Shown: positions 47,364 to 57,793, numbered from the stretch's first letter. The stretch: 64,000 nucleotides of DNA from Pseudomonadota bacterium (GCA_048498015.1 JBEHYU010000019.1:523-64522); one strand, 5' to 3'. Notes: a model not told the origin generated them from the sequence alone. A program made the numbers and translations.

Positions 47364-48122
47364 ATGGCCAACCTTTCAGTCAATCTCAACGCCGTCGCGC
47401 ACCTGCGCAATCGCCGCAATCTGCCCTGGCCCAGCGTGGTCGAGATGGCGCGGCTGTCGCTGGGGGCAGGGGCGAGCGGCGTCACCGTGCATCCGCGTCC
47501 CGACGAGCGGCATATCCGGCGCGCCGACGTATTCGAACTGCTCGACCTGCTGCGCGACGAATGGGTGGGCAAGGAATACAACGTCGAGGGCTACCCGACC
47601 GAGGATTTCCTGAAACTGTGCGAGCTGGTGCGGCCCGACCAGGTGACGCTGGTGCCCGATCATCCCGACCAGGCCACCTCCGATCATGGCTGGGACCTCG
47701 CGGCGCACATGCCGATGCTGGGTGAGGTGGTCGAGCGGCTGCAGAACTGTGCCATCCGCGTTTCACTGTTCATCGATGCCGACCCGGAGCTGCCGGCTTT
47801 GGCTGCCGAGATCGGTACGGACCGCGTCGAGCTCTACACCGGCCCCTATGGCGATCCGCGGGGCGACCATGAGGCCGAGAGGCTGAAGCTGAAGGCCACC
47901 GCCGACGCCTGCCGGCACGCCGGGCTGCGCGCGGCACGCGGCGGGGCGGGCATCGGCGTCAATGCCGGGCACGACCTGACGCTCGACAACCTGCCGGCAC
48001 TGATGCAGGCGATTCCCGATCTCGACGAGTGCTCGATCGGGCACGCCATCACCGCCGACGCGCTGAAATACGGGTTCCCTGAGACGGTCCGCCGGTATGT
48101 GCACATTCTGAGCGGTCGCTAA
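47364..48122 (+). CDS. pdxJ: Pyridoxine 5'-phosphate synthase
   Basis: LSVNLNAVAHLRN, TVHPRPDERHI, NVEGYP, TLVPD, RVSLFID, ELYTG, NAGHDL, SIGH. Confidence 0.96.
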   Translation: MANLSVNLNAVAHLRNRRNLPWPSVVEMARLSLGAGASGVTVHPRPDERHIRRADVFELLDLLRDEWVGKEYNVEGYPTEDFLKLCELVRPDQVTLVPDHPDQATSDHGWDLAAHMPMLGEVVERLQNCAIRVSLFIDADPELPALAAEIGTDRVELYTGPYGDPRGDHEAERLKLKATADACRHAGLRAARGGAGIGVNAGHDLTLDNLPALMQAIPDLDECSIGHAITADALKYGFPETVRRYVHILSGR

Positions 48123-48291
48123 TCGCGAACAGTTGCAACGCAATTGTTGACCGATCTTCGGGGGAACGGTTCGGCCCGTCGCGGTTTGTTGCGGCAAGTG
48201 CCGGTTCGACCGATACGCACAGAGATGTAACTGAGCCACAAGCGCTTAACGCAGCGACCCCACTGTGGTCGCGTGACCATCTGGTGCCCGC

Positions 48292-48344
48292 TTGCATGTT
48301 CTCGCCGCAGGCACATATTCGCCCTCAGTTACGGTTTGTTACTG
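48292..48344 (+). promoter_or_regulatory. Candidate promoter with imperfect palindromic operator
   Basis: TTGCAT-N16-CATATT followed by CAGTTAC-GGTTT-GTTACTG just before the RBS. Confidence 0.5.
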
Positions 48345-48353
48345 GAGAGCACA

Positions 48354-48965
48354 ATGACTACCAAGCCAAAGATCGCCGTCATCATCGGCAGCATTCGTCC
48401 CAACCGTCAGGGCGACAAGCCGGCGAAATGGATCGCCGAGCAGGCCAAGGCCTGTGGCGCCTTCGACGTCGAGATCGTCGACCTGAAGGACTACCCGCTG
48501 CCGCTGTTCGATGCCCCGGCGTCGGACTTCTGGATGCCGACCCCCAACGAGACCGCCGCCAAGTGGCAGGCCAAGCTCAACGAATTCGACGGCTTCATCA
48601 TCGTCACCGCCGAGTATAACCGCTCGGTGCCGGGCGCGCTCAAGAACGCCATCGACTGGGCCTACAAGCCGTTCATGAAGAAGGCCGTGGCCTATATGAG
48701 CTACGGCTCGGTGGGCGGCGCCCGCGCGGTCGAGCACCTGCGCAACATCATGGTCGAGCTGCAGGCGGTTTCCGTCCGTCACGGCCTCCATATCGGCGGC
48801 TCGGAATTCGGCCCCATCATGATGGGCCAGAAGACCTGGGACGACGTGCTGCCGCACCAGGTGCCGTTCACCAAGGACGTCTTCGACAACCTGCTGTGGT
48901 GGACCAACGCCACCCGCAATGCCCGCGCGGCCGACGCCGCCGCGGCGGCCACCAAGGCGGCCTGA
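48354..48965 (+). CDS. NAD(P)H-dependent FMN/quinone reductase (flavodoxin-like)
   Basis: IIGSIRPNR, VTAEYNRSVPGALKNAID, SYGSVGGARAVEHLR. Confidence 0.93.
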   Translation: MTTKPKIAVIIGSIRPNRQGDKPAKWIAEQAKACGAFDVEIVDLKDYPLPLFDAPASDFWMPTPNETAAKWQAKLNEFDGFIIVTAEYNRSVPGALKNAIDWAYKPFMKKAVAYMSYGSVGGARAVEHLRNIMVELQAVSVRHGLHIGGSEFGPIMMGQKTWDDVLPHQVPFTKDVFDNLLWWTNATRNARAADAAAAATKAA

Positions 48966-49009
48966 GCCGGGACTTTACGCTCGGGGTCGCTCCTTCTCCC
49001 CCCGGACGC

Positions 49010-49044
49010 GGGCGGCATCTTCGGATGCCGCCCTTTTGTTTTTT
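49010..49044 (+). terminator. Intrinsic terminator
   Basis: GGGCGGCATC-TTCG-GATGCCGCCC followed by TTTTGTTTTTT. Confidence 0.9.
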
Positions 49045-49176
49045 GGCGGAACGCCGACTTATTGGGGGCATTCTCCCCCATACAAATCCTGCTAACCTGA
49101 CGCAGCGATCGCAGTTGAATGCGAATTGGGCCGGGTGTAGACCCCGCCCGCCTCATCACGGGGCTTCGAAGGCCAT

Positions 49177-51090
49177 ATGACTCAGACTACCCAGGCCGCG
49201 GCTCCGGCCCCGGCCGCCGCAGAAGCGGTACCCTCGCACAAGGCCCAGCTGGGCGTCCTCGTGCTGGGTGCTCTGGGCGTGGTCTATGGTGACATCGGCA
49301 CCAGCCCGCTCTACGCGTTCCGCGAGGCGCTGCACGCCGCCGGCGGTACCAAGGCGACGCCGCACGAGGTCATCGGGCTGCTGTCGCTGATCCTGTGGGC
49401 GCTGACGGTCATCGTCACCATCAAATATGTGAGTTTCGTGCTCAGGGCCGACAACAAGGGCGAGGGCGGGACCCTCTCGCTGATGTCGCTCGCCTCCAAC
49501 GCATTCCAGAAGCGTCCGACCTGGATTCTCGCCCTCGGCGTGATCGGCGGTTCGCTGTTCCTCGGCGACGCCATTATCACCCCGGCGATCTCGGTTCTGT
49601 CGGCAGTCGAAGGCATCGAGGTCGTCGAGCCGCGCCTGTCGCCCTGGGTCGTGCCGCTGGTGGTCGTCATCCTCATCGGCCTGTTCATGGTGCAGCGCTT
49701 CGGCACGGCGCGCGTTTCGACGGTCTTCGGGCCGATCATGGCGGTCTGGTTTCTCATCCTCGGGGTAAGCGGCCTCGTCCATATCTTCGGCACGCCCGAA
49801 GTGCTTTGGGCGATCAACCCGATCCTGGCGGTGCAGTTTCTGGTCGAGCACGTACAGATCGCGGTCGTGGTGGCCGGCGCCGTCTTCCTGGCGGTGACGG
49901 GCGCTGAAGCCCTCTACGTCGATCTCGGCCATTTCGGCCGCAAGCCGATCATCGCGGCGTGGGTCGGCCTCGTCTTCCCATGCCTGCTGCTCAACTATTT
50001 CGGGCAGGGGGCCTACGTCCTCTCCGACGAGCACAACTACGCCAATCCGTTCTTCCAGATGCAGCCCGAATGGGCGCAGTTGCCGATGGTGGCGATGGCG
50101 ACCGTTGCCACGGTCATTGCCAGCCAGGCGGTGATCACCGGCGCCTACTCACTGGTACGGCAGGCCATGCACTTGAACCTGCTGCCGCGTCTCGAGGTGC
50201 GTCACACGTCCGAGGAAGTTGCCGGCCAGATTTTCATGCCGCAGGTCAATTTCCTGCTGCTCATCGCCGTGGTGCTGCTCGTTATCGGTTTCCGTTCATC
50301 CGCCGCGCTCAGTGCCGCCTACGGCATTGCGGTCACCGGCGAGATGCTGGTGACCTCGCTGCTGCTGTTCATCGTGATGTGGCGCATCTGGAAGTGGAAC
50401 CTCTATGTGGCGATGGCGGTGATCATCCCGCTGCTCACCATCGATCTCAGCTTCTTCCTCGCCAATCTCGCCAAGTTCGAGCAGGGTGGCTGGGTGCCGG
50501 CGCTGGCCGCGACCTGGGTTGCCTTCCTCATGACCACCTGGATCCTCGGCCGGAAGCGGCTGAGCGAGAAGACGCGCCGCGACGAGGTGCCCCTCGAATT
50601 CCTCGTCGAGAACCTCGCCAAGAAGAAGCCGATGATCGTGCCTGGCACGGCGGTGTTCCTCACCTCCGACATTTCGGGCGCGCCGACGGCCCTGCTGCAC
50701 AGCCTCAAGCACTACAAGGTCCTGCACGAGCACAATGTCATCCTGACGATCGTCACCGCCGAGACGCCGCGCGTCAGCGACGACGAGAAGGTCAAGATCG
50801 ACGCCTATAACGACCTGTTCTACCGGGTGGTGGTGACCTTCGGGTACATCGAGACGCCCAACATTCCGAAGGCGTTGGCCCTGGCGCGCAAACTCGGCTG
50901 GAAGTTCGACATCATGTCGACGTCGTTCTTCCTTAGCCGCCGGTCGCTGAAGCCCTCGGTCAAGGGCGGGCTGCCGGTGTGGCTGGACCGCGTCTTCATC
51001 GCGCTGGCCAAGAACGCCACCGACGCCACCGAGTATTTCCACATCCCGACCGGCCGCGTGGTCGAGATCGGCACGCAGGTGCTCCTCTAA
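49177..51090 (+). CDS. kup: Potassium uptake transporter Kup
   Basis: GVVYGDIGTSPLY, ADNKGEGG, ITPAISVLSAVEG, TGAEALY.DLGHFG, VVEIGTQV. Confidence 0.97.
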   Translation: MTQTTQAAAPAPAAAEAVPSHKAQLGVLVLGALGVVYGDIGTSPLYAFREALHAAGGTKATPHEVIGLLSLILWALTVIVTIKYVSFVLRADNKGEGGTLSLMSLASNAFQKRPTWILALGVIGGSLFLGDAIITPAISVLSAVEGIEVVEPRLSPWVVPLVVVILIGLFMVQRFGTARVSTVFGPIMAVWFLILGVSGLVHIFGTPEVLWAINPILAVQFLVEHVQIAVVVAGAVFLAVTGAEALYVDLGHFGRKPIIAAWVGLVFPCLLLNYFGQGAYVLSDEHNYANPFFQMQPEWAQLPMVAMATVATVIASQAVITGAYSLVRQAMHLNLLPRLEVRHTSEEVAGQIFMPQVNFLLLIAVVLLVIGFRSSAALSAAYGIAVTGEMLVTSLLLFIVMWRIWKWNLYVAMAVIIPLLTIDLSFFLANLAKFEQGGWVPALAATWVAFLMTTWILGRKRLSEKTRRDEVPLEFLVENLAKKKPMIVPGTAVFLTSDISGAPTALLHSLKHYKVLHEHNVILTIVTAETPRVSDDEKVKIDAYNDLFYRVVVTFGYIETPNIPKALALARKLGWKFDIMSTSFFLSRRSLKPSVKGGLPVWLDRVFIALAKNATDATEYFHIPTGRVVEIGTQVLL

Positions 51091-51108
51091 CCAAGCCGCG
51101 AGAGGGCG

Positions 51109-52311
51109 ATGCCGCATTACGACATCGCCATCGCCGGAGCCGGACCCGCGGGCTTAAGCGCAGCGCTGTCGCTGCATCGCGATGGTCACCGCGTCCGCAT
51201 CTTCGAGCGCTTCGAGACGGCCCGCCCCATCGGCTCCGGCCTGATGCTGCAGCCCACCGGGCAGGCGGTGCTCGCGGATATGGGGCTGCTCCCGGCGATG
51301 CGTGCACTGGGCCATCCGCTCGACCGCTTGATGGGCCACGATGCGATAAGCGGCCGGACCGTCCTCGATATGCGCTACGCCGCCTGGCCGGGTCTGGGCC
51401 GCGGCCTGGGCGTGCACCGGGCGGCGTTGTTCAATGTACTGCACGACGCAGTCATTGCCGCCGGCATCCCGATCGCGACCGGCCGCACGATCAGCGGCAT
51501 CGAGAACGGTCATCTGGTATTCGGCGACAAACGCGAAGGGCCGTTCGACCTCGTCGTCGATGCACTTGGCGCGAGCTCACAGCTGCGGCCGTATCTGAAC
51601 AATGTCGGCAGAGCCCGCCCGCTGCCCTTCGGCGCGGTGTGGGGCACGGTCCCGTGGCTCGATGACGGCTTCGATCGCACGGCGCTGATGCAGCGCTACC
51701 GGCAGGCCAACGTGATGATCGGCATGCTGCCCATCGGCAAGCAGACGCTCGATGGTCCGCAGCTCGGCGCCTTCTTCTGGTCGCTGCGCTGGCACGAGCA
51801 CCAGCAATTGCTCGACGGTGGGTTCGAGCTCTGGCGCGCGCGGGTTCTGTCCCTGTGGCCGCAGATGGCGCCGCACCTCGAGGTGCTGGGCGGCTTCGCG
51901 AACCTCAGCCTCGCGCGCTATGTCCACCAGACGGTGCCGCTGCCGGTTGGCGATGGGCTGGTTGCCATCGGCGATGCCGCGCACTCGACGAGCCCACAGC
52001 TGGGGCAGGGCGCCAACATGGCGCTGCTCGACGCACGGGCTCTGACCCTGGCGCTGCGCCTTCCCGCTCTGGCCGACGGTCTCGCGCATTATGCGCGGCT
52101 CCGCCGCTGGCATGTGCGGCTCTACCAGGCGCTGAGCCTGACGCTCACGCCGATGTACCAGTCCGACAGCCGGTGGCTGCCGGTGCTGCGCGACGTCCTC
52201 GTGCCGATCGGCACGACGGTACCGCCGCTGCCGCAGGTCCTTGCGGCGCTGGTGGCTGGCCGGCTGCTCAGCCCGCTCAAGCGTCTCGAGCTGGCGCCGG
52301 TTCAGGTCTGA
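51109..52311 (+). CDS. FAD-dependent monooxygenase (UbiH/salicylate hydroxylase-like)
   Basis: IAGAGPAGL, DALG, IGDAAHSTSPQLGQGANMALLDA. Confidence 0.9.
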   Translation: MPHYDIAIAGAGPAGLSAALSLHRDGHRVRIFERFETARPIGSGLMLQPTGQAVLADMGLLPAMRALGHPLDRLMGHDAISGRTVLDMRYAAWPGLGRGLGVHRAALFNVLHDAVIAAGIPIATGRTISGIENGHLVFGDKREGPFDLVVDALGASSQLRPYLNNVGRARPLPFGAVWGTVPWLDDGFDRTALMQRYRQANVMIGMLPIGKQTLDGPQLGAFFWSLRWHEHQQLLDGGFELWRARVLSLWPQMAPHLEVLGGFANLSLARYVHQTVPLPVGDGLVAIGDAAHSTSPQLGQGANMALLDARALTLALRLPALADGLAHYARLRRWHVRLYQALSLTLTPMYQSDSRWLPVLRDVLVPIGTTVPPLPQVLAALVAGRLLSPLKRLELAPVQV

Positions 52312-52318
52312 GCCCCGC

Positions 52319-52346
52319 AAAAGAAAGGCCCCGCCGGAGCGGGGCC
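52319..52346 (-). terminator. Intrinsic terminator of the GPR-like gene
   Basis: Minus strand GGCCCCGC-TCCG-GCGGGGCC-TTTCTTTT. Confidence 0.8.
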
Positions 52347-52374
52347 AATTGGCTTGGAGGTCTTCTTCTGAAGC

Positions 52375-55300
52375 TTAGCCGAGCCGGCCGCTGGCATGGG
52401 CCAGCATGGTGTAGACCTTGCCCTTGTCGCCGGTGAGGAAGGCGCGGGTTTCGGCGATCGGGTCGGGGCCTTGCGCGGCGCGCTGCAGGAGCGCTTCGAA
52501 CTCGCTCATGTAGCTCTGCGCGTTCTTGGCGAACTCCGGATCGCGGCCGAGCCGGCGCTTGACCTCGTCGAAGGTGCCCTGACCGCTCAGCGTATAGACG
52601 CGGCGCGAGAAGACGTTCTGCTCGCCGGCCTGATAGCGGGCCCAGGCATCACCCAGGGCGGCCGGGTCGATCGAACGGGCGATCTCGTCGGTGAGCGCGG
52701 TCAGGTTCTGCTGCGGCGCGGCCGCGGCCGGACCATTGGCGTTGCGGAGCACGTCGCGGAGCCAGCCGCCACCGGCTTCCTCCTTGACGGCCGGGCGCGG
52801 AGCCTCGGCGACCGGCGCGGCCACGGGAGCCGGACGCGGTGCTTCGGCGACCGTCACGGTGCGCGGCGCGGGCTGCGCGGCACGCGGAGCCTCGACGACG
52901 GGAGCAGGGGCCGGGGCCGGGCGCGGCGCTTCGGCCCGCGGCTCGCTGCGCGGCGCAGGGGCCGGACGGCGCTCGCTCAGATCGTGCGTCGCCGACTGGG
53001 CGCGGACGATGGCGTTGAGCTCGCTCAGCGCTTCGATCTGCTCGGCGACGACGCGACGCATCGCGGCGGCGCTGGTCTTGGTCTCCTCGGGCAGTTCCAT
53101 CACGCCGCGGGCGAGTTCGGAGCGGGTGGCTTCGAGTTCGCTGCCGACTTCCTTGGCGGTCTCGCGCATGGCGGAGGCCGTCTCGGTGAAGCGGCGGGTC
53201 GCTTCTTCGAGCGCCTGCTGCATTTCGAGGATCATGGTCGCCTGCGTCTGGCGCAGCACGTCGGAGGCCTTCTCGGTCTCGCTGCCGGCCGCCTCGCGGA
53301 AATCGCCGAGGCGGTTGGTGAGCTCGGCCGTGGCACCGTTGAGCGCGGTGTTCACCTGCTCGCCGCTCGACTGCAGGATCTGTTCCATCTGCGCGCGGCT
53401 GTCGAGCAGGCGGCGTTCGGTGGAGTTGACGGCATCGGCGATGGTCTGGGCAAAGCCGCGCATACGCTCGTCGATCTCGTCGGCGCGCTGCGTGAAGCTC
53501 TGCGACAGCGAGTCCATCGCCGTGCGGCGCTCTTCGAGGGCGTCGATCGAGGTCGAGCCGGCCTGGTTCAGCGCGGCGGCGGACTGGTCGATCGCGGCAA
53601 CCTCGCTGTTGAGGCTGCCCAGCATGGTGCCGAACTCGTTGATGAGGTTCTGCACCGTAGACTGCAGGGCATCGACCTGGCCGCGCATCGTGACGTCGAG
53701 CGCGGCGACCTGCTGGCTGACCAGCAGACCGGCCTGCTCGGTGGTCCCGGCCGCATCGCGGACCGTCGCCGCATAGGCGGCGGTCTGGTTGGCAACCGAG
53801 GCTTCGAGCTGGCCGAGCGTGGCGTTCGCCGAGTCGAGCACCGAGGTCAGGATGTCGTTGGACTGGCCGAGGCGGGCCAGCGCCTCATTGGCATCGGACA
53901 GGATGCGCTGCGAGATGACGGCGACGATCTGCTCGGCCTGGCTGGCGGTCGTCTGCAGGGCTTCCTGCAGGATGTTGCCCTGCGAGCGCAGCGCGCTCTC
54001 GAGGTTGCGGGTGCGTTCATCCACGGTGGCCGCGAAGGTCGAGGTATGACCAGCGACCAGCTGGGTGAGCACGTCGGTGCGATCGCCCACCACGTGGCCG
54101 ACAGCCTCGGTCTGCTGCGCGACGACCTGCGAGAACGCCGTGGCGTGCTCGGCGACCGTCTGCGAGAGAGCCTGGCTCTGTTCGGCCACCACATGGGTGA
54201 CGATGCCGCTCTGCTGGTTGACCACGCCCGACAGTGCGTCGACCTGCTGGTTGACCACACCGGACAGCGCATCGACCTGCTGGTTGACGACATTGGCGAG
54301 GGCATCGGTCTGCTGGCTGACGACGCTGGAGATGGTCCCCGCCTCCTGGGCGATGACCTGCTGCAGCGAGCCGGTCTGCTGGCTGACGATCTGCGCCAGC
54401 GCGTCGGTCTGCTGGGCGACGAGGCCGGTGATGGTACCGCCCTGGCTGGCGATCATGGCCGCGAACGCATCGGTCTGGCTGGCGACCACCGAGTTGATGT
54501 TGCCGGCCTGGTTGGCGATGACCTGCGCGAAGGTGTCGGTCTGGGTCGCGACCACCGAGGTGATGGCGTTGGCGTGCTGCGCCACGATCGAGGCGAGGCT
54601 GTCGGACTGGCCGGCCACCACGGCGCCGATATGGTCGCCCTGGTTGGCGATGAGCTGGGCCAGGCTGTCGGTCTGCTGCGTGACGGCCGTGCTCAGGGCC
54701 TGTGCCCGCTTCTCGATGGCGTCGGTCGCGGTGACCGCCTTGATCGAGATGAGCTCGTCGATGGACGCCGCGGCGTGGGTGATCTGCTCCATGGCCTGGC
54801 GGACATGGGTGTCCATCCGGTCCGCGGTTTCGGCGACGTCGAGCGTGATGGTCGCCGTGGCCGAGACGATGCGCTTGGAGATGGTCTCCTCGATCCGGTC
54901 GGCGCCGGCCTCGAGATCGGCCATCGACTGCACCAGTGCGGTGTTGATCGCGGTGTTGAGCGAGGCCAGGCGCTCGGCCGTGATGTCGGCGCGCGCGGTG
55001 ATCGCCTCGGGCAGGGTGCCCAAGCGCTGGTCGACCATGTCGGTGATCGCCTTGCGGGCGGAATTGACGCCGGTCTCGATGATGTCGGCAGCCTTGCGGG
55101 CGCTCTCGCCCACGGTCGCGGCGGCGCCGTCGATCCGGGCGGTCACGCCGCTTTCGGCGTCGGCGATGCGCAGGATGGCGCTGTCGATGCCGCGCCCGAG
55201 ATTGTCGTTCACCTCGCCGACCTTGCTGGCGATGAGCGCCGATACGGCGGTGGCGCGGTCGGCCATGATGTCGGTGACCGAGCGCAGCGACGAGTCGATC

Positions 55301-57513
55301 TTGTCGCGGGCCTGGGTGCCCTGCGCGTCGATGGTGCGAGCCAGCTCGACCGTGCGGTCGCCGATGGCGCCGGCGATCGCGGCAGTGTGCGTGCCCAGCA
55401 CTTCGGCGAGCTGCTGGGTGCGGGTGTTGAGCGCTTCGCTCAGTTCCTGCGAGCGGGTGCCCACGGTGGTGGCGAGCAGCTGGGTGCGCTGGTCGAGGGC
55501 GGACGAGAGCGCATTGGTGTGCTGCGTCAGCGTGGTGTCGACGCCCGAGAAGCGCGTCTCCATTACCTGGCCGATATTGGCGACGTGCTGGGTCAGGCTG
55601 TTGTCGAGCAGCGTGGTGCGGCCCGACAGCAGCTCGTTGATCTCCTGGGCGCGGCCGAGCAGGGTCTGGCTCAATTCGCCGGTGCGGTTGCCCAGCGTAT
55701 CGGTCAGCGCCTGGGTGCGGCTGTCGAGCGCGTCGGCCAGGATCTGCGAGTGACCTTCGAGCGCGTCGGAGATTTCGCGGCTGCGATTGCCGATGACTTC
55801 GGTGATCTGCTTGGAGCGTTGCCCCAGCGTCTCGATCATCTCGCGGGTGCGCTGGTTGACGATGTCGTTGAAGTGGCCCGACTTCTCGTCGAGAGCCATC
55901 TCGAGGACGTTGGCGCGCGCGGCGAAGCTGGCATTGTGCTTTTCGAGCGCGGCGATGAGCTTGTCGCCCTTGTCGCCGACGACGCCGTCGAGCGATTGCA
56001 GGCGGGTGTCGATGACCACCGCGATCTCGTCGAGGCGGGCGTCGAACTGGGTGAGGTTCTGCGAACCGGCGCCCATCAGCGTGACGCGGGCGCGCTCGGT
56101 GGTATCGTCGAGGGCGCCGCTCAGCTCGATCATGGCGGTCTGCAGCTTGCTTTCCATCGAGTTGACCTGGATGGAGATCGACTCGTCGAGCTGCTTGGTC
56201 AGATTGCCCATGATCGTTTCGGCTTCCCGGCTGCGCGCCTGGATGTCGGACGAAATGCGCGAGCCGATCATGTCGAGGGCCGAGGAGACCTCGTGACCAC
56301 GATCGCGGAGCTGGTCGAGCAGGGTGATGCCGCCCTGGCTCAGCAGCTTGGCGAGCGAGGAGGTGCGGTTCTCGATGGCGTCGGCCAGCGTCGTGGCGCG
56401 GCCGTCGAGCGCCTCGGTGAGCGAGGCCATGCGGTTGTCGATGACCGAGCTCAACTCCTGCGTGCGGTTCTCGAAGGCGTTCGAGATGGTGCCGGCGCGA
56501 TCCTCGAGGGTGATGTTGAGGCGTGAGGCGCTGTCGTCGAGGGCGCTCAGCAGGCTGCTGGTGCGCTGGTCGATCAGCGACACGAAGCTTTCGGTGCGCT
56601 CGCCGAAGGCGCCGTTCAGCGAGTTGCCGGCGGTTTCGAGAGCCTTGGTAAGGTTGCCGCCCGACTCGACGATGGTGCCGGCGATGCGCTGGCTGATCAT
56701 GTCGAGGTCGAAGACGAGGCCGGTGTGGCTCTCGGTGATCGCCTCGCGAACACGCTCGGTATTGGTGATGACGGCTTCGCGCTGGCTGGCCAGTTCCTGG
56801 ATCAGGGCGCGCATGCGCGATTCATTGTCGGAATAGGTGCGCTCGAGCGCGGTGACCTCGTTGTGGATCATCACTTCGAGCTCGCCGGCGCGCGACAGAG
56901 CGCGTTCGAGGCCATCACCGAGCGCGTTCACTTCGCGGCGGACGGCCTGGCCGACGGAGGCGACCTTTTCGGAGGCGGTGGTTTCGGGCTCGGCGAGACG
57001 GATCGCGGCGTGGGTCACGGCCGTCGCGGCGTTGCGCAAATCCTGGGCGCGGCGGATCAGCGTCGCGATGGCGAAGAAGCCGAGCACCGGAATGACGGCG
57101 AGGGCGATCAGGCCGATGAAATCGTTCGAGGCAAAGAAGCCGGGCGTACCGAAATCGCGGCCGTTGCGGATCAGGCCGACAGCGAGGATGGCGACGATCC
57201 AGACCACCGCCACGATGACGGCGATGAAGCTGGGGGTCGAGTTGGAGCGCGACTGCAGGCCGTAGAGGATGCGTGAGCCCTGGAAGCGGTCGTCATTGGC
57301 GACCGAGCCGGACATGGCGGCCTGCTTGTCGGCGACGCGGGCGCGCTCGGCGCGCGGGCTCTGCGAGGATTGGCGCGGGATCGATACCGGCTCGGGCTGC
57401 GGCATGGGATCGGACGGCGAAGGGCCGCCGAAGACCGAGTCCTTGAGGGCATCCTCTACTGCCGAAAAGGCGAGGGTTGCCGGATCGTCCTGGGTGTTCG
57501 ATTTCTTCGCCAT
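52375..57513 (-). CDS. Growth-pole-ring (GPR/RgsE-like) apolipoprotein-repeat scaffold protein, 1712 aa
   Basis: Two N-terminal TM helices, conserved VRREVNALGDGLERALSRAGELE..HNEV..LERTY, long 11/22-residue amphipathic repeats, Pro-rich linker, C-terminal W.RY..GE..VFSRR.YT..GQ.TFDE domain. Confidence 0.8.
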   Translation of the reverse strand: MAKKSNTQDDPATLAFSAVEDALKDSVFGGPSPSDPMPQPEPVSIPRQSSQSPRAERARVADKQAAMSGSVANDDRFQGSRILYGLQSRSNSTPSFIAVIVAVVWIVAILAVGLIRNGRDFGTPGFFASNDFIGLIALAVIPVLGFFAIATLIRRAQDLRNAATAVTHAAIRLAEPETTASEKVASVGQAVRREVNALGDGLERALSRAGELEVMIHNEVTALERTYSDNESRMRALIQELASQREAVITNTERVREAITESHTGLVFDLDMISQRIAGTIVESGGNLTKALETAGNSLNGAFGERTESFVSLIDQRTSSLLSALDDSASRLNITLEDRAGTISNAFENRTQELSSVIDNRMASLTEALDGRATTLADAIENRTSSLAKLLSQGGITLLDQLRDRGHEVSSALDMIGSRISSDIQARSREAETIMGNLTKQLDESISIQVNSMESKLQTAMIELSGALDDTTERARVTLMGAGSQNLTQFDARLDEIAVVIDTRLQSLDGVVGDKGDKLIAALEKHNASFAARANVLEMALDEKSGHFNDIVNQRTREMIETLGQRSKQITEVIGNRSREISDALEGHSQILADALDSRTQALTDTLGNRTGELSQTLLGRAQEINELLSGRTTLLDNSLTQHVANIGQVMETRFSGVDTTLTQHTNALSSALDQRTQLLATTVGTRSQELSEALNTRTQQLAEVLGTHTAAIAGAIGDRTVELARTIDAQGTQARDKIDSSLRSVTDIMADRATAVSALIASKVGEVNDNLGRGIDSAILRIADAESGVTARIDGAAATVGESARKAADIIETGVNSARKAITDMVDQRLGTLPEAITARADITAERLASLNTAINTALVQSMADLEAGADRIEETISKRIVSATATITLDVAETADRMDTHVRQAMEQITHAAASIDELISIKAVTATDAIEKRAQALSTAVTQQTDSLAQLIANQGDHIGAVVAGQSDSLASIVAQHANAITSVVATQTDTFAQVIANQAGNINSVVASQTDAFAAMIASQGGTITGLVAQQTDALAQIVSQQTGSLQQVIAQEAGTISSVVSQQTDALANVVNQQVDALSGVVNQQVDALSGVVNQQSGIVTHVVAEQSQALSQTVAEHATAFSQVVAQQTEAVGHVVGDRTDVLTQLVAGHTSTFAATVDERTRNLESALRSQGNILQEALQTTASQAEQIVAVISQRILSDANEALARLGQSNDILTSVLDSANATLGQLEASVANQTAAYAATVRDAAGTTEQAGLLVSQQVAALDVTMRGQVDALQSTVQNLINEFGTMLGSLNSEVAAIDQSAAALNQAGSTSIDALEERRTAMDSLSQSFTQRADEIDERMRGFAQTIADAVNSTERRLLDSRAQMEQILQSSGEQVNTALNGATAELTNRLGDFREAAGSETEKASDVLRQTQATMILEMQQALEEATRRFTETASAMRETAKEVGSELEATRSELARGVMELPEETKTSAAAMRRVVAEQIEALSELNAIVRAQSATHDLSERRPAPAPRSEPRAEAPRPAPAPAPVVEAPRAAQPAPRTVTVAEAPRPAPVAAPVAEAPRPAVKEEAGGGWLRDVLRNANGPAAAAPQQNLTALTDEIARSIDPAALGDAWARYQAGEQNVFSRRVYTLSGQGTFDEVKRRLGRDPEFAKNAQSYMSEFEALLQRAAQGPDPIAETRAFLTGDKGKVYTMLAHASGRLG
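54060..54680. repeat. In-frame 33-bp (11-aa) tandem repeat block inside the GPR-like gene
   Basis: CTGCTGG(T/C)TGAC starts at 54211, 54244, 54277, 54310; protein VVNQQVDALSG repeats; block edges approximate. Confidence 0.8.
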
Positions 57514-57710
57514 AACTCTTTACAACTCTCGTCGGCTGGTTGCGACAGGGGCGGCATCAGGAGTTGTACGATGGACCGGCCGCCCTTTCGGGTTTCCAGA
57601 CCATTTGGGTAAAAAGCGATTCAAATTGCCGCCCGTCCCCGCCCCTTTGCCGCCGCGCGCCGGGTATGCCTCAAATCATACATTCAATTTTAGGCAATCC
57701 GAGCGCCTTC

Positions 57711-57725
57711 TTAAGCAAAGGTTAA
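57711..57725. promoter_or_regulatory. CtrA binding site
   Basis: TTAA-GCAAAGG-TTAA, perfect TTAA-N7-TTAA. Confidence 0.8.
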
Positions 57726-57777
57726 TTTGGGCGGTTTGGAGGCGAGTCGGCCGATGCGTCCACTCCGACCGACCGGC

Positions 57778-57793
57778 TTAAGAGGCTGTTCAC
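57778..57793. promoter_or_regulatory. Second, imperfect CtrA site
   Basis: TTAA-GAGGCTG-TTCAC. Confidence 0.55.

Noticed and set aside
49045-49176. Riboswitch upstream of kup
   Set aside because: Only short hairpins; no aptamer consensus recognisable by eye (an Rfam scan would settle it)
52396-56526. 1376-aa plus-strand ORF and other long antisense ORFs (23922-25745, 41460-43505, 60275-62119, 14409-15959)
   Set aside because: Shadow frames of well-supported genes in GC-rich DNA; no recognisable motifs
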